Assembly: GCA_023132155.1 (NCBI GenBank)
Contig: JAGLYP010000008.1
Coordinates: 4,846 to 68,845, forward strand
Direction of reading: 5' to 3'
DNA: 64,000 nucleotides
From: Candidatus Parcubacteria bacterium
Lineage (GTDB): Bacteria; Patescibacteriota; Patescibacteriia; Patescibacteriales; UBA12075
Shown: positions 36,260-44,217 of the stretch, in pieces
How the letters are laid out: each line of letters starts with the position of its first letter
Numbering within the stretch: the stretch's first letter is position 1
Made by a program: the position numbers and the translations under genes
Notes under the pieces: generated by a model
The model's database searches: none
The model's input: only the letters and a program-made list of their open reading frames with translations
Told to the model about the DNA's origin: nothing

Positions 36260-36937
36260 ATGAATATAAAACATACAAAATTAACTAATAAAATTCATTT
36301 GCTAACTTTTGAAACCCAGCAAGATATAACATCCACTTTTTTGCGTTTTCAGGAACACTATGAATCACCAAATTTTAGAGGGAAAATATTCTCTTTTGAT
36401 GAATTTAAGCAGTGGTATATTAAAACCTCACCAAATGGAAAGATATCCGGAAAGTTTACATATTATTCCGATTGGAACGGTTTTAATATTCCGTCGCATG
36501 TTTTAAAGCCTTTTTATGATGGTAAATTTAATCCGCTTTCCGAACAAGAAAGTAAATTGTTAGATATATTCAAGGATGAAGTGGGTGCATTTTATATTAT
36601 CGGTGTTCATAGTGGAACGAAGAAGATTGACCAGCTCTTGAATCATGAAATTGCCCATGGACTATTTTACACTAGTGATAACTATAAAGCTGATGTTTTG
36701 CGGATTCTCTCGCAGTTTGATGTCAGTGCTATAAAAGAGGAGCTGCGCTCAAAAGCAGGCTACCATGAGAAAGTGCTAAATGATGAAGTTCATGCATATA
36801 GCATTGATTCAGTGAGCAATTTAAAAACACCAATACCTGAAAGTTTATCCTCGAAATTAAAAAAATCATACGAAAAACATTTGAAAAAAAATATAAATAA
36901 ACAAACTCTTTATTTATATTTTACCAACCAAAATTGA
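36260..36937 (+). CDS. Hypothetical protein with HExxH motif (cassette 7)
   Basis: 225 aa. The NHEIAHGLFY motif and a later EVHAY suggest a possible metallopeptidase-like fold, but I recognise no family. Confidence 0.45.
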   Translation: MNIKHTKLTNKIHLLTFETQQDITSTFLRFQEHYESPNFRGKIFSFDEFKQWYIKTSPNGKISGKFTYYSDWNGFNIPSHVLKPFYDGKFNPLSEQESKLLDIFKDEVGAFYIIGVHSGTKKIDQLLNHEIAHGLFYTSDNYKADVLRILSQFDVSAIKEELRSKAGYHEKVLNDEVHAYSIDSVSNLKTPIPESLSSKLKKSYEKHLKKNINKQTLYLYFTNQN

Positions 36938-36985
36938 CTAAATATTTTTAATTGGATATAATTGGATATAGTTAATATATCCAAT

Positions 36986-37077
36986 CAAGTTATGCCCAAA
37001 GGGCACTAACAGTAAGCGAAAATATTCTCAGCCCGAGGCTGATCCGCCTCGGGAGGAAAATTCCTTGACTATAAATT
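36986..37077 (+). repeat. Dispersed repeat copy 1 (62-bp family, here with a 30-bp insertion)
   Basis: caaGTTATGCCCaaaGGGCACTAACagtaagcgaaaatattc[tcagcccgaggctgatccgcctcgggagga]aaattccttgactataaatt. It ends 1 nt before the fic ATG. Confidence 0.85.
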
Positions 37078-37078
37078 T

Positions 37079-38173
37079 ATGGCAAAATATATTAAAAAAA
37101 TAACAAAAAAACATACAGTCCCGGACAATTTTTCAAAACGAATTGAAAATATTCCCGCTAGTATTGTTTCTAAAATAGCAAAAATTGACGAATTAAAAGG
37201 GCAATGGATATCAGGGGCTCGTTTAAGTCCGCAAGTTTTAGGCAAACTTAAACGGTCGGTTTTGATTACTTCAACAGGCGCTTCTACCCGTATTGAAGGT
37301 GCTAGGCTGGCTGACGCTGACATTGAAAAATTGATGCGCGGATTAAATATTCAAAAATTCACTAACCGTGATAAGCAGGAAGTGAAAGGTTACTATGAAT
37401 TATTGGAAAATGTTTTTAATTCATGGAAAAATCTCAAATTCAACGAAAATATTATTAAACATTTTCACCAAGAATTACTAAAATATGTAGACAAAGACAA
37501 AAATCATCGTGGCGAATACAAAAAAGGAAAAAACAAAGTGCATATGATAGACGAAGCAGGACAATCAGTCGGTATTCTTTTTGACACCGCGCCTGCATAT
37601 CTTGCTCCTAGTCAAATGTGTGATTTAATGGAATGGACGCAAAAAACATTGGTAGAAAATAAGTATCATTCATTATTGGTGATTGGAAATTTTTTGGTTG
37701 AATTTTTAAAAATTCATCCTTTTTCTGACGGAAACGGAAGATTGTCCCGCGTGCTTACAAACTTGCTTTTACTCCAAAACGGGTATTTGTATATGCCTTA
37801 TGTTTCACATGAAAAATTAATTGAAGACAATAAGCCTGATTATTATATTGCCTTGCGGCGCAGCCAAAAAACAATGGGGTCGGAAAAAGATAATATTACA
37901 GATTGGCTTGATTTTTTCCTGGGTATTGTTTTAAAGCAATCACAAATGGCGGTAGAGCTTTTGTCCAAAGAAAATATAGAAAAAATACTGTCAAAAAAAC
38001 AGCTTGTTATTTGGCAATACATTGAAAAAGTCAAAGAAACAAGCACTGGTAATATTGTAAAAAATACAGGAGTGACGAGGCCAACTGTTAAGCAAGTATT
38101 GGAAGTATTGCTTAAACTTAAAAAAATTGAAAGAATCGGGCTTGGAAGAAGCACTAGATATAGAAAAATTTAA
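37079..38173 (+). CDS. Fic family protein (Fido domain with C-terminal winged-helix)
   Basis: 364 aa with the canonical Fic motif HPFSDGNGRLSR. The C-terminal TGNIVKNTGVTRPTVKQVLEVLLKLKKIERIG is wHTH-like. Confidence 0.85.
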   Translation: MAKYIKKITKKHTVPDNFSKRIENIPASIVSKIAKIDELKGQWISGARLSPQVLGKLKRSVLITSTGASTRIEGARLADADIEKLMRGLNIQKFTNRDKQEVKGYYELLENVFNSWKNLKFNENIIKHFHQELLKYVDKDKNHRGEYKKGKNKVHMIDEAGQSVGILFDTAPAYLAPSQMCDLMEWTQKTLVENKYHSLLVIGNFLVEFLKIHPFSDGNGRLSRVLTNLLLLQNGYLYMPYVSHEKLIEDNKPDYYIALRRSQKTMGSEKDNITDWLDFFLGIVLKQSQMAVELLSKENIEKILSKKQLVIWQYIEKVKETSTGNIVKNTGVTRPTVKQVLEVLLKLKKIERIGLGRSTRYRKI

Positions 38174-38235
38174 AAATAAAAAAATAATAATGAGTTTATT
38201 TTATTTTTATTTTAAATTTTTTTTATCAACAACAT

Positions 38236-38310
38236 ATGATAAAAGCAATAATATTTGATTGGGGAGGTGTATTAAGGGTATTTGAAAAATATGCGACTGC
38301 GCCTAGTTGA
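38236..38310 (+). pseudogene. Remnant of a HAD-superfamily hydrolase gene (first ~13 codons conserved, then premature stop)
   Basis: The translation MIKAIIFDWGGVLRVFEKYATAPS* carries HAD motif I (IIFDWGGVL) but stops after 24 codons. Confidence 0.45.
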
Positions 38311-38335
38311 TAAATAATTAAAAAACTAAATTCAT

Positions 38336-39082
38336 ATGCAAATTATCCCCATAAAAACAAGGATAATAAACCCGCCAAAAGACAATTTATATGATGTGAT
38401 AAACAATTTTTGCCCCGCTCTTAAAGAGGGCGATGTTTTTTTAGTTACCTCAAAAATTTTAGCCATTCATCAAGGACGCTGTATTTCCATGGATTCAGTT
38501 AAAGATAAAGACGCCTTGATAAAAAAAGAAGCGGATATTTTTATTTCCAGAAAAGAGTGTCCGGGAGAACATGTAATATTAACTTTAAAAGAAAACACTT
38601 TGATTCCTTCCGCCGGAATAGACGAGAGCAACGCGAACGGATATTACATTCTTTGGCCCGAAAATTCAAGAAAAGAAGCAAAAAAAATTTGTAAATATTT
38701 GAAAAAAAAATTCTCGTTGAAAAAACTGGCGGTTATAATAACAGATAGCCATTCTACCCCGCTGCGATACGGTACTATGGGGATTTCTATCGGGGCATAC
38801 GGACTTAATCCGCTAAAAGATTATTCAAAAAAAAGAGATATTTTTGGACGGGAAATAAAAATGACAAAAGCTAACATTGTGGATACTCTGGCCGTTACGG
38901 GGGTATCAGCGATGGGAGAAGGCGCCGAGCAAACCCCAATGGCTATAATACGAGACGCGCGCTTTGTGAAATTTACCAATCAAAAAAATTATAAGGAATT
39001 ATTAGTTCCAATAAAGGAAGATATTTATTATCCATTATTAAAAAACTTTTATAAAAAACAAGTTATGCCCAAAGGGCGCTAA
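38336..39082 (+). CDS. CofE-like (F420-0:gamma-glutamyl ligase family) protein
   Basis: 248 aa. GDVFLVTSKILAIHQGR and IPSAGIDESNANG resemble the CofE family core. The last 8 codons (KKQVMPKGR*) are supplied by repeat copy 2. Confidence 0.55.
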   Translation: MQIIPIKTRIINPPKDNLYDVINNFCPALKEGDVFLVTSKILAIHQGRCISMDSVKDKDALIKKEADIFISRKECPGEHVILTLKENTLIPSAGIDESNANGYYILWPENSRKEAKKICKYLKKKFSLKKLAVIITDSHSTPLRYGTMGISIGAYGLNPLKDYSKKRDIFGREIKMTKANIVDTLAVTGVSAMGEGAEQTPMAIIRDARFVKFTNQKNYKELLVPIKEDIYYPLLKNFYKKQVMPKGR

Positions 39083-39120
39083 CAGTAAGCGAAAATATTC
39101 AAATTCCTTGACTATAAATT
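39059..39120 (+). repeat. Dispersed repeat copy 2 (62 bp)
   Basis: caagttatgcccaaagggcgctaacagtaagcgaaaatattcaaattccttgactataaatt. Confidence 0.9.
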
Positions 39121-39126
39121 GAAAAC

Positions 39127-39618
39127 CTACATCCGTTCCAATATCTTTAATTCCGGTTCGTTTTCTTTTAAATCCCAAACAGCGAAAGTGGCTTTTTGAA
39201 AAACGCCACTCAAGGTTCCGGGGTTAACAAATGAATAACCGCTTTTCTTTTCTATCCAGGGTTTATGGGTATGGCCGTAAAAAACCATATCGCACTCGCC
39301 TTTTTTTAAAACATAATCCAATAAAAACGGCTCATGGCAAAGGCCGATTTTTTTTCCTTCCAATTCAAATCTCGCGACTCTGCCAAAATAAATTATATTT
39401 TTATATTTTTTAGGCTCTTTATCCTCAAATAATTCCATATTGCCGCGCACTAAATATATTTCTTTTTGAAAATTATTCGCTAAAAATTTTAATGTATCGG
39501 AATTCGTCACATCTCCGCAGCAAAAAATTTTTTCAATATCATTCTCCGCGCAATAAAAAAGACACTTTTTTAAATTAGGAATATTATCATGAATGTCGGA
39601 AATTATGGCGATTTTCAT
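39127..39618 (-). CDS. Metallophosphoesterase, YfcE/MJ0936 family
   Basis: 163 aa with motifs ISDIHDN, GDV, GNME and GHTH in the canonical order. Confidence 0.8.
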   Translation of the reverse strand: MKIAIISDIHDNIPNLKKCLFYCAENDIEKIFCCGDVTNSDTLKFLANNFQKEIYLVRGNMELFEDKEPKKYKNIIYFGRVARFELEGKKIGLCHEPFLLDYVLKKGECDMVFYGHTHKPWIEKKSGYSFVNPGTLSGVFQKATFAVWDLKENEPELKILERM

Positions 39619-40775
39619 ATAAGATTAAAATTTATAATTTCATAAATCATACCGGCGGCAAATAATCCCATCAATAAATAAACAAGCGCGTTTGACGGTT
39701 TATAGGTAAACATCGGCAATTTATTTTTTTTCTTTTTTATTTTCAAAAATACGATAAGCATAACAATCGCGCAAAAACCGCCTCCAACCGCGCCAACAAA
39801 ACTTATAACACTGATTAAATCGGTAACTCCGGCTAAATATAAAATATAAGGCACAAAAATCGCTAAAGCCCAAGAAAGCGTTTTATTAACTTTAAAATCC
39901 CACCAAAGAGTTTCCTTGATTGATTCCGCCACGCCGATTATTGAAGTCATTATGCTAAATAGGCCAAAAATCAACACAAAATTAATGATACCGTTGGCAA
40001 GAACCTGCTGAACGCCTACAAGCGCGTCAGGAGTGGTATCCGCTCCGGAAATGCCTACTATTACAAACACAAACAAAGTTAAAATCAATAAAGATAAAAC
40101 CATGCTTGTCCTAATCACGCTTTTAAATAAAACCGCGTCTTTTTTAATCAGCCGCCCCACTATCGGCAAAGAACCGTTTCCATCCAAAGACATTAACATT
40201 GCTCCAAAGGGAAGTAAAATATTTTTCCAATCAATTGCCAGATAATTTTTCGCCTCAATCGCGTCCCAGCCCTTATAAACCATTATGCCAATCACAAAAA
40301 AAAGCAGGGCTGACATATACAGCTCCACTTTTGAAATCGCTCTTATTCCCTTGAAAACTACAATCGCCCCCAAACCGACAATAATACTCGCGTACAAAAT
40401 TAAATTCTCTCCCAAAAACGGACTTAATAATTGCCTTAAAAAAATACTGGAAATAATAATATAAGCAAGCAACGCGCCGTAATTTCCAATCAACTTAGCG
40501 GCAAAAACCGCCCATTTTCCCTTAAGGCCCAAATATTTTTCAACATAACCGGGCAAACGATGGAAAGAACGATTGATTACGATCATATTGGCATAAATCA
40601 AATGCACTAAATATTGAGCCGGGCCCAAAACCACTAATAAAATTATAAACACCAGCCAACCTGCCCTAACTGTCAGATATGGCAAACCGAACATGCCGAC
40701 TCCGATAATATAACCAACCATTACCGCTATTGCCTGAAAATATCTTTTGTTTTTTTGATGCTTTTTTTTGAACAT
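39615..40775 (-). CDS. Polytopic transporter, amino-acid permease-like (APC / Trp-Tyr permease-like)
   Basis: 386 aa with ~11 predicted TM helices and N-terminal AVMVGYIIGVGMFGLPY. The 4-nt overlap with 39127..39618 suggests an operon. Confidence 0.5.
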   Translation of the reverse strand: MFKKKHQKNKRYFQAIAVMVGYIIGVGMFGLPYLTVRAGWLVFIILLVVLGPAQYLVHLIYANMIVINRSFHRLPGYVEKYLGLKGKWAVFAAKLIGNYGALLAYIIISSIFLRQLLSPFLGENLILYASIIVGLGAIVVFKGIRAISKVELYMSALLFFVIGIMVYKGWDAIEAKNYLAIDWKNILLPFGAMLMSLDGNGSLPIVGRLIKKDAVLFKSVIRTSMVLSLLILTLFVFVIVGISGADTTPDALVGVQQVLANGIINFVLIFGLFSIMTSIIGVAESIKETLWWDFKVNKTLSWALAIFVPYILYLAGVTDLISVISFVGAVGGGFCAIVMLIVFLKIKKKKNKLPMFTYKPSNALVYLLMGLFAAGMIYEIINFNLI

Positions 40776-40780
40776 TAATA

Positions 40781-41350
40781 TTATTTCCTAATATTAATAT
40801 CATAATTTATCTGTTCAATTTTCCTTAAATTGCCTTTGGCCTGGTCGTACTTGGTGCGCAAATAACCTGTCATATCAAACTCAACCAATTCACGCAGAAT
40901 ATCGCTGATAATATTTTTAATTTTTTTTACTTCATTATAATTTCCAGCTGCCGCTTGGTTAACCGCCCTTCTTACAAGCTCGCCGGTCAAATCACAAATT
41001 CCGCCCAAATAACTTTCATAGCTTAATTTAACATCTTTAAATTTATTAATCTTTTCATTATTCAAAACCATATAAAAAGTTTTTGCTTCCGCGTATTCCT
41101 CAACGCCCGCCCTGTATGAACCCTCTTGATTTAAACGGACATAGCCGAATTTCTTTTCCAATTTTATTAATATTTTTTCAATTTCATTCAAACTTGCCAG
41201 AGCCTTCTCTTTATCAAAGCGATGCAAAGCGAAAATAACGCGCTTTGAATCATGCAAAACCACATTTGCCAAACTGATAATCTGCCTGCGCTCGCTATTA
41301 TTTTCCAAATAGTCTTTTTTTAATTTTTGGATGAATTTTTTGTTTATCAT
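40781..41350 (-). CDS. Translin-family-like protein
   Basis: 189 aa, all-helical. YLGGICDLTGELVRRAV resembles the translin GxxDLTGELxR motif. Confidence 0.5.
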   Translation of the reverse strand: MINKKFIQKLKKDYLENNSERRQIISLANVVLHDSKRVIFALHRFDKEKALASLNEIEKILIKLEKKFGYVRLNQEGSYRAGVEEYAEAKTFYMVLNNEKINKFKDVKLSYESYLGGICDLTGELVRRAVNQAAAGNYNEVKKIKNIISDILRELVEFDMTGYLRTKYDQAKGNLRKIEQINYDINIRK

Positions 41351-41459
41351 AATATTTTAATGTTAATAATTAATCAATTCTTTGCTCAAGTAATTCAACA
41401 TTTCTGTCGGACAATGAATCTCTCTTAATTTATCCGGCCATAGATTTAATTTCTATTAT

Positions 41460-42191
41460 CTACGTTTTAGAGCTTATTCCCCATAAAGCGTCAAAAATCA
41501 TTTTCATTGTTTTGCTTAAACTTTTACTCTCAATAATAAAACCCACACCCTCTTCTTCAGGCGTGATAACTGTCATTTTATTATCAAAAATAAAAATCAT
41601 TCCTGAAACCGCCAACTCCTTTTGCAATAATCTTACTTCCCGTAATTCTTTTGATTGATTTTCAATCCAATCATCATCAAAGTCATCATTTTTTGGTCTA
41701 AGGCATTTGGAAAAAACCTTTTTTGATAATCTTCTTTTAGTAAATGAAATTATTCCTCCTTCTGCTTTTCTTAAATCCTTTACTGAGCCTATGGAACGAA
41801 CTAATTTTTCTTTGCAATTTAATTCTTCTTCTATAATTTGTCCCATCCCTTCTTTTCCTTCAAAAAGATGCAAATTAACAAACCTCTCTCCTGAAGTAAT
41901 TTTTTGTAATTCAGGAATATATTTTTCAGATAAAAATATTTTGCCTTCAAATATTCCTTTTATGCTGTTAGGATTTTCAGCAAAAAACCTTCGCGCATTT
42001 TTATGCTTATAACTGCTGGCAAGACCAAGTTTTACCAAATCTTCAAGATGATGATAAGTCGTGGTCCTGGGAAGTTCGGCTTTTTTAGCAATATTTGACG
42101 CGGAAGCATCAGCCAATTTTAAAAGCGCCAAATAAACTTTTTGACTTTTCTCATTTAATCCGATAGAAGATAAAAATTTTAATAAAGACAT
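41460..42191 (-). CDS. TrmB-family transcriptional regulator
   Basis: 243 aa. The N-terminus LNEKSQKVYLALLKLADASASNIAKKAELPRTTTYHHLEDLVKLGL is a typical TrmB wHTH. Confidence 0.7.
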   Translation of the reverse strand: MSLLKFLSSIGLNEKSQKVYLALLKLADASASNIAKKAELPRTTTYHHLEDLVKLGLASSYKHKNARRFFAENPNSIKGIFEGKIFLSEKYIPELQKITSGERFVNLHLFEGKEGMGQIIEEELNCKEKLVRSIGSVKDLRKAEGGIISFTKRRLSKKVFSKCLRPKNDDFDDDWIENQSKELREVRLLQKELAVSGMIFIFDNKMTVITPEEEGVGFIIESKSLSKTMKMIFDALWGISSKT

Positions 42192-42393
42192 ATTATTAGT
42201 ATAACAGAGAAAAAATTATTTGTCCACTTTTTTGGTCAACATTTTATTTAGTTGATAACAGCTAAAAAATGGCTTATTAAAGCCATTTTTTTAGTATTAT
42301 AAAAAATAAAAATGCTATATATAAAAATATTTAAATTATTTTTTGACAAACAATTATAATGGCGTTAGCACTTTGAAATTAAAATAAAAGGAG

Positions 42394-42630
42394 GTGATAA
42401 AAATAAGAACATACTGTAATTTGCCTGATGGAAGAGTTCAACTAAAAGGAGAGGTAGGGAAATTCAGTCTCAATATAGGAAATGTTGAGATAAAAATTTC
42501 TCCTCAAACGGCAAAAAAAATCTTTCTATTAGATCCAATCGCAACAAATATTCTAATAGAAGAAGGGAACTTGCCTAAGGAACTCTTCTCGGAAAAAGAG
42601 ATAGATAAATTGCGAAAAATTTTCGCATAA
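42394..42630 (+). CDS. Hypothetical small protein
   Basis: 78 aa with a GTG start immediately abutting aaaggagg, so the start is uncertain. I recognise no motif. Confidence 0.35.
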   Translation: MIKIRTYCNLPDGRVQLKGEVGKFSLNIGNVEIKISPQTAKKIFLLDPIATNILIEEGNLPKELFSEKEIDKLRKIFA

Positions 42631-42823
42631 TAATCATCTGTCTCAAGGTGGGTCCTCCGTCTGACCACCTCTACATAGAAAGTAAGGAGGGTGTACTCGG
42701 CTATAAAAGACTAAAAACCGAATTTCCTAAAAAATTCTAAATAATCTTGGCGAGTTTCGGCTCGCCGCTCTTTCAGAGCCCAAAAATAATTTTGGTCTCT
42801 GCGGGGGGAAAACAAAAAATATT

Positions 42824-42910
42824 TTTTTTCGCGCATTGCTCTTTGACATAAAAATAATTTTGCTGGTTTTGAATAAAACCAGATACGCGGAAGAAAGAAA
42901 AGGAGAAAAA
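42824..42910 (+). promoter_or_regulatory. Conserved 5' leader copy 1 (outer CGCG pairing, inner hairpin ctggtttt/aaaaccag, then SD aaaggag)
   Basis: ttttttcgcgcattgctctttgacataaaaataattttgctggttttgaataaaaccagatacgcggaagaaagaaaaggag aligns with 43709..43802. Confidence 0.55.
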
Positions 42911-43105
42911 ATGGGATATGAACATTCGCATACGCGGGGATTTGAAAGAGTTCCTGTGAGAAAAAAAGAGAAAGTCAAAGTGAAGGGTAAGGTCAGGAGT
43001 GTTTGCTCCTGGTTACAGAAAGGAAACAAAAAAGAAAAGTGCCCCTTTATTAGCTATGGGTGCGGTAATTCTCCTGCTTGCTGTCTTGGGGAAACCGACT
43101 ATTGA
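42911..43105 (+). CDS. Cys-rich small protein (64 aa)
   Basis: An ATG follows the SD aaaggagaaaaa. The product is MGYEHSHTRGFERVPVRKKEKVKVKGKVRSVCSWLQKGNKKEKCPFISYGCGNSPACCLGETDY. The track ORF 42836..43105 is an upstream extension into the leader. Confidence 0.45.
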   Translation: MGYEHSHTRGFERVPVRKKEKVKVKGKVRSVCSWLQKGNKKEKCPFISYGCGNSPACCLGETDY

Positions 43106-43126
43106 TATGATAAAAAAAGAGGTAAA

Positions 43127-43708
43127 ATGAAAAAAGTTGTTTTAACAGGAGGACCATGCGGCGGCAAGTCAACTATCGCAGAGGCATTGGCAAGGGAGTT
43201 CGGGAACAAAATTATTATCGTTCCTGAAGTGGCAACCGCGCTTTTTGAAGCGGGATTTCCACCGCCGAACCCTTGGACACAGGAATGGCAGGACGCTTTG
43301 CAAGCCGCGATTATAAGCGGCCAACATAAAGCGGAAAGCCAAGCAATGACTGAGGCGGCCAACAACGGCGCCAAAGCTATTATCTGCGACAGGGGAATTC
43401 TGGATGGAGCCGCTTATTTAGCTGGAGGCGTGGCGGAATTCTGTCAGCGGTTTCGGGTGGATGAAAATAATGCTCTGTCTCAATACGAGACAGTAATTCA
43501 TCTTGAATCATTGTCAACACTAAATCCAGATTTATACATGGATTTAATAACGACAAATCCGAATCGTTTTGAACCGCTTGAGCAGGCGCAAGGACGAGAG
43601 CTTAATCTGCGTCACGCATGGGCGCAACATCCAAAACGAATTCACCTTGCTGGCAAACTCAATAAAAGCGCCGAAAGGACGCTTGAAATAGTAAGTCAAA
43701 TTTTCTAA
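43127..43708 (+). CDS. P-loop NTPase (AAA_28-like ATPase)
   Basis: 193 aa. The Walker A motif TGGPCGGKST lies at the N-terminus, followed by a Walker-B-like IICDRG. Confidence 0.6.
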   Translation: MKKVVLTGGPCGGKSTIAEALAREFGNKIIIVPEVATALFEAGFPPPNPWTQEWQDALQAAIISGQHKAESQAMTEAANNGAKAIICDRGILDGAAYLAGGVAEFCQRFRVDENNALSQYETVIHLESLSTLNPDLYMDLITTNPNRFEPLEQAQGRELNLRHAWAQHPKRIHLAGKLNKSAERTLEIVSQIF

Positions 43709-43802
43709 TTTTTTCGCGTACGCTCTTTGATATATTTTTATGTTTTGCTGGTTTGGATATAAATCAGATGCGCGAGAAAAGAAGAGAAAGGAGGTGGTGA
43801 TA
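43709..43802 (+). promoter_or_regulatory. Conserved 5' leader copy 2
   Basis: ttttttcgcgtacgctctttgatatatttttatgttttgctggtttggatataaatcagatgcgcgagaaaagaagagaaaggagg has the same architecture as copy 1. Confidence 0.55.
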
Positions 43803-44000
43803 ATGAGCAAAAGTTGGCATCCTTGTTCAAATTGTAATGGTGACGGCTACATTGCCGAATACCATGGCGGATGTTATGAAGGGTCTAGTACTTGCCCTAT
43901 CTGTCACGGCAAAGGTGGTTGGGTAGAGGACAGCAATAATGATGTAGAACTGACAATTGACGGAAATTCCGACTTTTCCGACAATTGGAAGTATAGGTAG
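43803..44000 (+). CDS. Small DnaJ-type zinc-finger protein (CxxCxGxG x2)
   Basis: An ATG at 43803 follows aaaggaggtggtgata. The product MSKSWHPCSNCNGDGYIAEYHGGCYEGSSTCPICHGKGGW carries two CxxCxGxG motifs. Confidence 0.55.
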   Translation: MSKSWHPCSNCNGDGYIAEYHGGCYEGSSTCPICHGKGGWVEDSNNDVELTIDGNSDFSDNWKYR

Positions 44001-44013
44001 ATAAAAACTTCCT

Positions 44014-44045
44014 CCTGAATTAATTTAATACAGAATTAATTCAGG
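44014..44045. terminator. Bidirectional hairpin between convergent genes
   Basis: A 12-bp perfect stem, cctgaattaatt (44014-44025) / aattaattcagg (44034-44045), with an 8-nt loop. Confidence 0.55.
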
Positions 44046-44217
44046 GGATTTGTTTGGAGAAATAAATTCCTTAAAATTTAGGGTTAAGGGAGAGCTCTGG
44101 CAAAAAGCCATCTCTCCTAATTTTTTTGAGTTTGTTTTCTGCTAGGGAAATAAATTCAAGGTGAGATTTATTTACAAAAATTTAACCTTTAATTCGTAAT
44201 TGATAATTGAAAATTAA

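Larger units (their letters stand above)
31873..37010 (+). mobile_element. Integron-like gene-cassette array (cluster of attC-like sites; no integrase in the window)
   Basis: Seven short promoter-less ORFs on the same strand are separated by imperfect palindromes. Each palindrome begins AGCTAAC, ACACAAC or ACATAAC and ends GTTAGCT, GTTGTAT or GTTATGT. The inner boxes are complementary but differ in sequence between copies. Confidence 0.6.

Noticed and set aside
37065-37077. TTGACT immediately followed by ATAAAT inside the 62-bp repeat, as a possible promoter.
   Set aside because: The hexamers are contiguous with no 16-18-nt spacer. The three copies also sit in incompatible positions relative to genes: before an ATG, after a stop, and beside a terminator.
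42727-43374. Minus-strand ORFs of 100 and 91 aa.
   Set aside because: They are antisense to the leader/Cys-rich peptide and to the P-loop ATPase gene, with no motifs and no SD.
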